A stretch of DNA of 64,000 nucleotides from Thermoplasmata archaeon (GCA_038729465.1 JAVYRZ010000003.1:40454-104453); one strand, 5' to 3'. Counted from the first letter of the stretch, positions 38,901-46,920 are shown. The notes: generated from the letters alone by a model not told the origin. Made by a program: numbers and translations.

Positions 38901-40818
38901 AGTGGAAGGACTTTTATCTTCTGCAGAATTAAACCTTAAAAAAGGCAATGATTATGAATCGTTAAAAAGAGGATTTGAAGCATTAGATGAGCTGGGAAAG
39001 ACAGATATACAGAAAAAAATGGCTAAAAAAATATTTTTAAAAGTTAAAAATGAGATCAACGCCCAGTCCAGTCTTTTAGGTAAGAGAATGATAGAGCAAC
39101 AGAACGAGATAGAAATATTAGTACGTGCTGGGAAATATACTGAATGTATTGATAGATCTCTGAAACTGTTAGATAATATTCAATATACTATTTTCCTGGT
39201 AAACAATATACAAAAAAATTTAGAATATTCTAAGATATTGATTGCAGAGGCACGTGATCTTAACTTAGATGTTAAAGACGTAATGAAGACAATAAGCGAG
39301 GCTAAAACTAATTTTGTTGGAGTTAACTATGAAAACTCATTATCTTTAATCAAAAAGTCGACAGATATACTTGAGAAAAGGATATCTGGGTATATGCTCA
39401 CAAAAGAAAATGAATATCAGAAACTTTTAACAACATATAAAAAATTCGCTAATTTTGAAAAAATAGAAGTTAAAGTCAAAGAGCTAGAAAAAATAAATAA
39501 AAAAGATACAGTGGCTATAACCAAAAAAAGAGAAGAGCTAATTAATATAATTAACGAAGAACTAGAAAAATTGGTTAATGAAAGGATAGCATTACTTGAA
39601 AATTATATATTATCAGAAAAAAAGTATGACATATTTTATCCGGAACTCATAGATAAAGTCAATAACTTAAAAATGAATGTAAAAAATTTAGAATATGAAT
39701 ATATACTATCTTTTGTGGCAGAATTAATGAAGGAATTTGAAAGAAAGCTTTATGAATACATATTCAACTTTATCAATACTACAAAAACAGAGATAGAAAA
39801 ATATAAATCATTTGGCATAGACCTGTCGGATATACTCATTAAAGTGTCAGATTTATTGGTAATCTTAGAATATAGCGATTTTGTAAAGATTATGGAAGAA
39901 ACAAAAAACATCAGCTCTAGTCTAGAGTCTCGTATAAGGGAAGAGATAGAAAAGAGAATGAAGAGTGAACTTGCTGATCTGGAATTTATAAACACTCAAA
40001 ACGTAAAAAGATTAAAAGAGCTTATAAATATGGCGTTTCAAGGTAAAGAGTATATTCAAGTTCTCAAATATTTAAGTGATGTAAAATCAGTAATTAATAG
40101 TTATGAATCTTTACTGAAAGATGCAAGGGAAAAATTTGAGATTTTAAAACAAAAGTTCATGAAAATAAAGATAGAAAATAAAGAAACGTATGTGTTTTTA
40201 AATCGGGCTAATGAAATAGCATTACTTATCAATAATAATCCTGAGCTTGCAATTGACAAAATCTCAGAACTATCTGGAGATATAGATAGATTCACAGAGG
40301 CACATAATAATATAATCAGTATAAACTTGGAAGCCATTAGCATCATTGAAACTGTTCTTCATGCAAAACTGGAAATAACTAATAACAGCCCAGAGGATAC
40401 GCTTAACATTCAGATCAAGATAGCTGGTTTGCTATCACAAAGTGAGCCCATAAATATTGAATCAATTAAAGGAAAAGACAAAAAAGAAATGGAAACTGAC
40501 TTTTCTATAGTTAAAAAGAGCGGAGAACTAGAATTTATTATTACTTTTACAAATTTGGATAAATCATATAAAAGTGAGATTACTGTTCCATTCAATCTGG
40601 AGATTGACCCGGGCTACACAATTAAAAAATCTACAGGCACTGAGAGATGTAGCTATTGCAGAGGCAAGATATTCAGCGGGCTAGATTATGTAGAATGTGA
40701 GACAGGGGACGCAGCCTATCATGTTCAATGTGCAAAGAGAGCAGGTAAATGCATTATATGCCACAGAGAATTTAATTTTGATAAAATAATATTACCTAAA
40801 ATCAGTGTAATAACATGA
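35947..40818 (+). CDS. Giant (1,623 aa) uncharacterised protein: about 23 tandem helical repeats, a beta-rich module and a C-terminal Cys/His zinc-finger-like cluster
   Basis: It is the longest uninterrupted ORF in the window. It has a TTG start with an SD-like element, K/E/I/L/N-rich periodic sequence, and a stop that overlaps the arcS ATG (ATGA). No enzymatic, TM or signal motif was seen. Confidence 0.8.
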   Translation: MPNPYTSAIKITKELEEKAKEIKLKKEQCDSLEADIQKKLLELKKIGADTVNISTKFNKGKALYDNKNYIECIPIYQDVLNSLKSIELAHINDFDTDLNKIFDMSKYFNIDLIKYQVEYKSLLNTASENFVESFKKIEILKSQCLQIFEESLLKIIHAIIAKLDIFDTTEKGIFESRSDEILELISKKETILAAEKLKKLDLDYREQSGEKYRALLLEISSLKKSIEFAKITFDALKISQIEKEIEREYKKGNIEKAIVISKDLRDLLKNQISEFFESIMAITGNLIDEAKFIGVENAEELNNEINKIKNDFYEGSYFNSLVAIKRVMSQIEKMKFQRLYDEISKVKDILSKAKEDNIDITNSLNSLESAKDKLKDKNYIASYNDIKNARQQIEKIINLRDRLIKELVETKDLLPKLSKEGISLNISEKELDSISDLVRSDPFKAEAQLTEFKNRLKRDLEDYALNLKSKLDENISVSKMYGIDLKNYDIELLDQLFENSDFIAYISSTKKIDALLIENIEKVINSKIRDTEKKLVKESQETGLILTDSLAKIKELLNNHSYREIYTIFKEIENVLWNEKVKEYNDKLKSIETVAEQLSNENFDVSQLKTQITILKIELEQKNDNNIKQAYSDLQNIFDNSMKDIIDQILVYSNTILIVLKKLGIDKERTPLPREISEIMDEHKKANIEEVFKKSLILRKQVNEILEHSESLFIDMLSIKQRIKDIKIPDTGILNIDFELGEIKKEYSEFNFDRCKKLIDELSEKIDNVIFSLDIDAITKKIEELYKISQTVGLGPEFENDAVVFKRLINEKKFKDAKTVAEKIFKETEQQIESFFSQSFLKMDQLLDTLKSRYLKIPLDENILEDSKKYFVSREYSKSLETLKVYENKINNIKYVYDILEPDIKLVEQKIREAKNLELVVQDLENEYESIKAQVSSGVYTEAINKVKAILSNISARLNEAVDSILNNVREEINNAKARNVDTTIVEGLLSSAELNLKKGNDYESLKRGFEALDELGKTDIQKKMAKKIFLKVKNEINAQSSLLGKRMIEQQNEIEILVRAGKYTECIDRSLKLLDNIQYTIFLVNNIQKNLEYSKILIAEARDLNLDVKDVMKTISEAKTNFVGVNYENSLSLIKKSTDILEKRISGYMLTKENEYQKLLTTYKKFANFEKIEVKVKELEKINKKDTVAITKKREELINIINEELEKLVNERIALLENYILSEKKYDIFYPELIDKVNNLKMNVKNLEYEYILSFVAELMKEFERKLYEYIFNFINTTKTEIEKYKSFGIDLSDILIKVSDLLVILEYSDFVKIMEETKNISSSLESRIREEIEKRMKSELADLEFINTQNVKRLKELINMAFQGKEYIQVLKYLSDVKSVINSYESLLKDAREKFEILKQKFMKIKIENKETYVFLNRANEIALLINNNPELAIDKISELSGDIDRFTEAHNNIISINLEAISIIETVLHAKLEITNNSPEDTLNIQIKIAGLLSQSEPINIESIKGKDKKEMETDFSIVKKSGELEFIITFTNLDKSYKSEITVPFNLEIDPGYTIKKSTGTERCSYCRGKIFSGLDYVECETGDAAYHVQCAKRAGKCIICHREFNFDKIILPKISVIT
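36079..40296 (+). repeat. Protein-level tandem repeat array inside the giant ORF (about 23 units of ~62 aa / ~186 nt, highly degenerate)
   Basis: A recurrent node [G/N]-hydrophobic-[D/E] sits at residues 47, 109, 172, ~233, 294, 357, 421, 482, 543, 602, 664, 735, 793, ~859, 916, 980, 1045, 1106, 1169, ~1227, 1290, ~1347 and ~1412. Each is followed 17-24 residues later by a polar-[Y/F]-x2-small motif (NKNY, ENF, GSYF, DKNY, DPF, SDF, HSY, KKF, REY, GVY, NDY, GKY, VNY, LEY, SDF, KEY). Confidence 0.7.
40648..40764 (+). other. Cys/His zinc-finger-like module at the C-terminus of the giant protein
   Basis: CSYCRGKIFSGLDYVECETGDAAYHVQCAKRAGKCIICH gives the spacing C-x2-C-x12-C-x7-H-x2-C-x6-C-x2-C-H. 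Confidence 0.6.
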
Positions 40819-42398
40819 TAAAAATGAAAGCAAGATCTGGATTTGCGAAGTCTGGGGTCTACGAATCAAATGACCTAAATTTTACGTTTCCGGGTATTGT
40901 AAACATTGCCTCGAAAACAGCCATAAAGTCAGAACTGAAGTTAATTAGAGAAGATGGTAAATTATACTTGAATGGAATACTATTAGATGAAAAAGAAATA
41001 AAGAGAAATAGATACATAGAGTTCTATGAAGATTTAGTGATTGTGCCAAATCTCAGCACGATCTTAAAAAAGCATAAAGAATTTGTGAAATATGTAATAG
41101 ATTTAAGAAAAGAGATAGGGGTCAAAAAAATAATATTTGCACCTTTTATTGGCATACCGTCACAGATTCCAGTTTTAATGTATTTGGGCATTGATCTTAT
41201 AGATACCTCATATACATATCTGGCTTCTAAAAATGGATATTTATTTACACGATATGGAGCATTCAGAGAAGAGGGCAAAGTTGACGATAACCTGAATTTA
41301 ATGGCAGAATATATGCAAGAAACGAGAGACGCGATAAACAGAAACAAGCTTAGAGATCTTGTTGAATCCTTGCCAGATCTAACTGCCAAATCTCTGTTAA
41401 GGATAACCGATCTATTTTATTATAAAGAAATTGAGCCTTTTTATCCAGTCTGGGAAAAAGAATTGAATGCAGTGCAGTATGACTCACTTTTTCGCGCAGA
41501 TATAAAAAGATTTATAGAACGTGTTAATGAAAGGTATCATAAGCCCGCTCTATACAACACTCTGTTATTATTACCATGCTCTGCTAAAAAGCCTTATTCA
41601 GACTCTAAATCACACCGCTTTTTCAGAAATTTGATAGAGGATACTGGAAAAATGGTCCATGAAGTAATTGTAACTTCACCACCGGCAGTTGTGCCCCGAG
41701 AACTGGAAACGGTCTATCCAGCGCAAAATTATGATATCTCTGTAATAGGGTACTGGTATCAGGATGAGGTCAAGCTAATTAGAGAGCAGTTAAAGAGGTA
41801 TATAGAAAATAACAGGTATGAGCATATTATTGCATATCTGCCAGAAGATTTAGAATTTGTGAGAGACGTGCTCGAAAGCTATGGAGCAAAGATAATAATC
41901 GGAAATCTCAGAGATGCTGAAAATATAAAAACCCTGAAAGATTATATATTAAGCTCGAATTCTCCTGCTATTTCAAGGAAGTATCAGATTAAAGAGGAAA
42001 TAAAAGCTGTTATCAGGTATCAGTTTGGAGATAGTTTTGATAATATATTGGAAAGGCTAACAATTACTGGAAGATATCCCAACATAGATATTTTACTGGA
42101 TAATGAGCATTTTATGCATTTTAACAGAGATAAAGGAATGGTAACTTTAAGTTTAAAGGCAGCAGAAATTCTGGCAGATAAGCGCAGATACAGTGTGACG
42201 ATAGAGAATTTCGAGCCTAAAGGCACGGTTTTCGCGGTAGGGGTACTTGATGCTACAGAAGATATACGCAAAGAGGATGAAATTGCAATAATCATTGACG
42301 GCAAAGCAGTGGGAGCTGGCACCGCAAAGATGAATTATGCAGATCTGCGATCGCAAGATTATGGAGAAGCGATAAAAATCAGGGCTTTTAAAAAATAG
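40815..42398 (+). CDS. arcS: Archaeosine synthase ArcS (TGT-like C-terminal domains plus PUA)
   Basis: 527 aa; LLLLPCSAKKPYSDSKSH (DUF5591-type motif) and C-terminal IRYQFG... plus the PUA-like FAVGVLDATEDIRKEDEIAII. It parallels the C-terminus of tgtA in this window. Confidence 0.8.
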   Translation: MIKMKARSGFAKSGVYESNDLNFTFPGIVNIASKTAIKSELKLIREDGKLYLNGILLDEKEIKRNRYIEFYEDLVIVPNLSTILKKHKEFVKYVIDLRKEIGVKKIIFAPFIGIPSQIPVLMYLGIDLIDTSYTYLASKNGYLFTRYGAFREEGKVDDNLNLMAEYMQETRDAINRNKLRDLVESLPDLTAKSLLRITDLFYYKEIEPFYPVWEKELNAVQYDSLFRADIKRFIERVNERYHKPALYNTLLLLPCSAKKPYSDSKSHRFFRNLIEDTGKMVHEVIVTSPPAVVPRELETVYPAQNYDISVIGYWYQDEVKLIREQLKRYIENNRYEHIIAYLPEDLEFVRDVLESYGAKIIIGNLRDAENIKTLKDYILSSNSPAISRKYQIKEEIKAVIRYQFGDSFDNILERLTITGRYPNIDILLDNEHFMHFNRDKGMVTLSLKAAEILADKRRYSVTIENFEPKGTVFAVGVLDATEDIRKEDEIAIIIDGKAVGAGTAKMNYADLRSQDYGEAIKIRAFKK

Positions 42399-42463
42399 AA
42401 AATCAAAAAATTAGATATATCAATAATTAATATTACCTTAAGAAATAGGTAGAGAAGATTGAT

Positions 42464-43102
42464 ATGAAAAAATATGAAAATAGGATAATATTGGCACTGG
42501 ATGTAGTAGATGCTGAAAAGGCCATTAAGATAGCCTCAGAATTAAGAAATTATGTGGATGCAATCAAAATAAACTATCCATTGATATTAGCTCAGGGACT
42601 TAACTTTATAAATAAATTAACAGTGCTAAACGATGTGATATGTGACATAAAACTTGCAGATATACCGAATACCAACAAACTTATTGTTCAGGAGATCAAA
42701 AAATATAATGTATCTGGCATAATAGTTCATGGTTTTGTAGGCTCAGACTCTGTAAAAACGGCGGTTGAAGAGTTCAAAGGAAGAGATGTATTTGTAGTCG
42801 CAGAGATGAGCCATCCCGGAGCTTTAGAGTATATGCAGCCGCACAGTGAGAAAATCGCAATTATGGCAAAAGAAGTAGGTGCAGCGGGAATAATAGTACC
42901 TGCTACCAGACCTGATCGAATAAAGATATATAGAAATCTCGTCGGAAACTTAAAAATTTTAACGCCCGGTGTCGGTGCACAGGGTGGAGATGCAAAATTG
43001 GCAATTGCCAATGGTGCAGATTACATAATAGTGGGAAGATCACTATATGAATCTAAAGATCCGGTGGCAACAGCCAAGAGCTTAATATTTTCCATAAAAT
43101 AA
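42464..43102 (+). CDS. pyrF: Orotidine 5'-phosphate decarboxylase
   Basis: 212 aa; ILALDV, DIKLADIPNT, and a GVGAQGG...IIVGRS C-terminus. Confidence 0.9.
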   Translation: MKKYENRIILALDVVDAEKAIKIASELRNYVDAIKINYPLILAQGLNFINKLTVLNDVICDIKLADIPNTNKLIVQEIKKYNVSGIIVHGFVGSDSVKTAVEEFKGRDVFVVAEMSHPGALEYMQPHSEKIAIMAKEVGAAGIIVPATRPDRIKIYRNLVGNLKILTPGVGAQGGDAKLAIANGADYIIVGRSLYESKDPVATAKSLIFSIK

Positions 43103-43186
43103 GTGATAGAGATTAAAAAAGAACGTTTAAAATGTGAAATAGAAGCACAATAAAGTTAAAATAGTATAAATAATACTGCACAATAA

Positions 43187-44320
43187 ATGATATTAGTCAG
43201 ATACGGCGAAATAAGTTTAAAGGGTCGAAACAGGGAAGTTTTTGAGGATAAGTTAGTGGAGAATATATATAAACACTTGCACAGAGAAGGACAATCAGCA
43301 AACATCAAGAAATATCGTGGTAGAATTTTAGTATATACTGCTGCAGATCCAAATATTTTAAAAAATGTGCTGGGAATTGTTTCGATATCAGAAGCAGTAG
43401 AAACAGATCTGGATATTGAGAAAGTATATGCACATATATGCAAGCTAATAAAATTAAAGAATCCCAGAACATTCAGAATCTCCACACAGAGACTGTGGAA
43501 AGGCTTTAAATATACTTCTGTTGAGCTAAACAATATTTTTGGAGAAAAGGTAATAAATGATTTTGGATTAAAAGTAGACTTGGAGAACCCAGAACTGGAA
43601 ATAGGAATAGAGATCACAGATTCTCATGCCTATATTTTTTCAGATCGAATTTCTGGATTTGGGGGGTTACCTGTCGGCATAGAAGGCACTATAATCGCAC
43701 TTTTTTCTGGGGGCATAGATTCTCCCGTGGCAGCATGGATGGTTATGAAAAGAGGTGCTAAAGTCCTGCTTCTGAATTTTTACCACAATCAAGAACAGTT
43801 ACAAAAAGTAATAGAAACAGCACATATTTTAGACAGATATTCTCCAGATCCCATTGAATTTATAGCAGAAGACCATGGTGCTTTAATCGGCAGTTTTGTG
43901 CATAACCTATATTATATAAACAAGCAGAGGTGGACATGCGTATTTTGCAGATACTCAATGCTAAAAAGAGCAGAGGAACTATCCCATGAAAAAAATGCAC
44001 TTGCCATTGTCACAGGTGAATCTTTAGGGCAGGTAGCATCTCAGACATTGAATAACATTAATGTTGAGTCAAGTGCAGTAAACATACCCATCTTAAGGCC
44101 ACTTATCGGATTAGATAAAATTGAGATCGAGAACATAGCCAAAAAAATAGGAACCTACGAAAAATCTATAATAGCAAAAGGTTGTGGGTGTCCGTTCTTG
44201 CCAGAATATCCAGTTACCAAAGCGGATTATGAATCGTTTAAAAAGATTGAGGTTCAAGCGTTTGCCAAAAGAGATGTGCCTGAAGTAAAAATAGTAAACG
44301 AAAGCAAACATACCTGCTAA
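43187..44320 (+). CDS. thiI: tRNA 4-thiouridine sulfurtransferase ThiI (THUMP plus PP-loop; no rhodanese domain)
   Basis: 377 aa; MILVRYGEISLKGRNR, the PP-loop LFSGGIDSPVAAW, and the CVFCRYSM catalytic Cys region. Confidence 0.9.
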   Translation: MILVRYGEISLKGRNREVFEDKLVENIYKHLHREGQSANIKKYRGRILVYTAADPNILKNVLGIVSISEAVETDLDIEKVYAHICKLIKLKNPRTFRISTQRLWKGFKYTSVELNNIFGEKVINDFGLKVDLENPELEIGIEITDSHAYIFSDRISGFGGLPVGIEGTIIALFSGGIDSPVAAWMVMKRGAKVLLLNFYHNQEQLQKVIETAHILDRYSPDPIEFIAEDHGALIGSFVHNLYYINKQRWTCVFCRYSMLKRAEELSHEKNALAIVTGESLGQVASQTLNNINVESSAVNIPILRPLIGLDKIEIENIAKKIGTYEKSIIAKGCGCPFLPEYPVTKADYESFKKIEVQAFAKRDVPEVKIVNESKHTC

Positions 44321-45519
44321 ATTACCTTTCCTATCAAGTACACATTTCCTGCATCTACTATCTCAACATCATAAAAACTATTTATTTTTACATCTTTCAG
44401 TATTATTGGCCTGTATCCCTCACTTCTTGCTAAAAAATAGCGTTTACCAGGCTCTGTAACCAATGCTTTATGCACGGTTCCTATTAATTTTACGTTATTT
44501 TCTTCACTTATTTTCAAATGAATCTGGGTTAAAATTCTAGACCACTCTTTTACTTTTCTCTGAAGTATCGGCTTAAGATCATATGCGGCAGTCATAGGTC
44601 TGGGTGAGAACCTTGTAATATTCAAAATGTCAGGCTTGATATCTTGTACGAGCTTAACGCTTTTTTCAAACGACTCATCAGTTTCGGTAGGATAGCCAAC
44701 TATAATGTCTGTAGAAAATGTGAAATGGCTGAATTTTGCTTTAAATTTAGAAACAATATTATAGAAATCAGATACTGTATAATCGCGTTTCATGTCATTT
44801 AATACCGAATCATCGCCAGACTGTACTGGTAAATGAATAAACTTGAATATTTTCCGGCTTTCATATACTTCCAGCAATGGTTCTAATATGGTAGATGTTT
44901 CTCTAGGCTCCATCATTCCTACCCTTATCCTATATTCTCCTGGAATCTGGATTATCTTGTTTAACAGTTCAGGCAAGCCTGTACCCCTGTCCTTTCCATA
45001 TGCTGCAGTGTCCTGGGCAGTGATTCTAATCTCTTTATGCCCCAGAGAAACAGCCAATTCTGTCTTTCTTATAATCTCCTGTTCTGGATAGCTTTTTAGA
45101 TATCCTCTCGCAAGTTTGGTAATGCAATATGTACATTTTCCCAGGCATCCTTGGGCTATTGGTATTGCAACAGGATACCCGCTGCCGATACCTTTGAGAT
45201 CTAAATTCATGTTGAATAATCTCAATGTGCCGTTTAATTCTTTTGGCGTGATTGTTACAGATTCTGCAAATAGCTCTTTTTTAATGGCTGGAAGGCAACC
45301 GCTTATAACCATCTTTTTATTATATTTTTTCAGCTCTTCGATTCTTTTTAGCATGTGATTTTCAGTGTGCTGAATAACAATGCAAGTGCCGATTAGAATA
45401 ATATCTGCATCTGCGGGGTCAAGAGTTTGTTCATACCCATTTTTTTTAATCGCTTCATCTATCTGGGCGGTCTCAGCTTTGTTCATTGTACAGCCATAAG
45501 ACTCTGTATATATTTTCAC
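44317..45519 (-). CDS. Radical-SAM methylthiotransferase, MiaB/MtaB (CDKAL1-like) family
   Basis: 400 aa; ESYGCTMN, IGTCIV and ISGCLP (MTTase N-terminal Cys triad), the radical-SAM CLGKCTYC, and a C-terminal TRAM-like domain. Confidence 0.85.
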   Translation of the reverse strand: MKIYTESYGCTMNKAETAQIDEAIKKNGYEQTLDPADADIILIGTCIVIQHTENHMLKRIEELKKYNKKMVISGCLPAIKKELFAESVTITPKELNGTLRLFNMNLDLKGIGSGYPVAIPIAQGCLGKCTYCITKLARGYLKSYPEQEIIRKTELAVSLGHKEIRITAQDTAAYGKDRGTGLPELLNKIIQIPGEYRIRVGMMEPRETSTILEPLLEVYESRKIFKFIHLPVQSGDDSVLNDMKRDYTVSDFYNIVSKFKAKFSHFTFSTDIIVGYPTETDESFEKSVKLVQDIKPDILNITRFSPRPMTAAYDLKPILQRKVKEWSRILTQIHLKISEENNVKLIGTVHKALVTEPGKRYFLARSEGYRPIILKDVKINSFYDVEIVDAGNVYLIGKVI

Positions 45520-45689
45520 TTTGTATCCATCCGTACCGACTTATAATGATGCCTTCATAATCATCTATTGGTAATTAATTTTTTCTTTCAGCGACGTTGT
45601 CAATTTTTTGTTGGTAAGTAAATATTGTTTCATTTTGTCAAAGCTATATGGTATGCTAATGAATCAAACAAAATAAAAGAGAGGATGGA

Positions 45690-45945
45690 TCAATAGTAAA
45701 ATTATCAAGAAAAGGAACACAAGCAGAGAATGTTCAGTATATGGGTCATTGACTCGAAAAGAGCATTGCATAACTATGATATGTGAAGAATGTGACTTGA
45801 TAATTGACAGAACCGAAAATGCAACAATAAACATAGCAAGACGGGGTCGAACAAGGCTGATACGATCCCTTCATAAAATGAGAAAGGGCAATCAGGTGAA
45901 GCGATGAAACAGTCAAAAGATGTGGAACAGATGATAGCAAGCTAG
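45690..45945 (+). pseudogene. tnpB: Degraded C-terminal remnant of an IS200/IS605-family TnpB (OrfB) gene
   Basis: Three frames joined by frameshifts and stops read ...NYQEKEHKQRMFSIWVIDSKR / ITMICEECDLIIDRTENATINIARRG / SGEAMKQSKDVEQMIAS*. This matches the TnpB tail pattern (YKAE..G..V..VD..YTS..C..CG...DRD.NAA.NI..RG ... EA.K). No intact upstream part is present. Confidence 0.55.
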
Positions 45946-46294
45946 ATCATATCAATAAAGCTTTTACAATGTCTTTTAAAAAGATCATATAAATAAAAAC
46001 GTAAGATTAATATTTGCTTTATTCTTTGAATATGCACAACTTAATTGAAGCATGCAAGTAATGAATCTGCACTGTTTGAAAAATTATTGATCTGATATGG
46101 GACCAGTCTGCAAAGCTTTTGCATCTACAGTTTTAGCGTAAACTCAGATTTTAAAAGCATATAAAAATAACTTTGAATGTATATTATCTTCAGTTGCCTA
46201 GAAATTAAATCATTTAAAAAATAGCATTATAATAGACTATATAATCATAAGGTTTATATAAATAGATATTAATTACTGTAAGTAGGGATGAATC

Positions 46295-46906
46295 ATGGTA
46301 ACAAAAGAATCTAAACAGGAAGACTGGTTTGAAAAATTACAATCAGACTTAAATAAGAAATCGGAAGAGATTTTAAAAGGATATAATTTAGAATCAGACA
46401 AGAAAAGAAGCATAAATATAGAAATGGTCCAGGATCTCTGGAAAATTTACCTTAAGTTCGTTGATGTGAACGTGCACTTTACCTTAGATCCACCAGCTAC
46501 AAACTGGGCCTCTTTTACTGATTATCCTACTAATTGGAAAATCAGGGATGAATATAACTTTGGAGCTTTGAATAGCATCTCTTTTGTAGATACAACGAGA
46601 GAAGATGACAGAACTGGCGATGCACTAAAGATGATGTATGAGCTAGGTCCTGATGGAGAAAAAATTAAGATTACCTTCGAGTTTTTTGAAGGTGAAAAGT
46701 ACTATAAATATTCTGGCTGGAAAAGAACTTACGCAAAACATATATTATACGATAATTTAGTCTCTAAGTCCTCTATCGATGAGATACATAATATTCTCTC
46801 TGATCTGATACTTAAATGGTATGAATCTCACTTAAAGAGAGACCGAAACTTGCTCATAAACCATATAAAAGAAAAGTACCCGATAAGCGAGAGTTTTACA
46901 GAATAA
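46295..46906 (+). CDS. Hypothetical soluble protein (203 aa), no recognisable domain
   Basis: A clean ORF with a plausible start. No TM, signal or catalytic motif was seen. It is flanked by the IS scar and is convergent with the KaiC-like pair. Confidence 0.45.
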   Translation: MVTKESKQEDWFEKLQSDLNKKSEEILKGYNLESDKKRSINIEMVQDLWKIYLKFVDVNVHFTLDPPATNWASFTDYPTNWKIRDEYNFGALNSISFVDTTREDDRTGDALKMMYELGPDGEKIKITFEFFEGEKYYKYSGWKRTYAKHILYDNLVSKSSIDEIHNILSDLILKWYESHLKRDRNLLINHIKEKYPISESFTE

Positions 46907-46920
46907 TATTTTTTATTTTT

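Noticed and set aside
37887-40595. Several 61-139-aa minus-strand ORFs inside the giant ORF
   Set aside because: This is the same artefact: antisense frames of K/E/N-rich AT-rich coding sequence stay open by chance, and all are S/F/I/L low-complexity.
43156-43617. 153-aa minus-strand ORF across the thiI start
   Set aside because: The plus strand encodes a canonical ThiI N-terminus (MILVRYGEISLKGRNR). The antisense frame is low-complexity.
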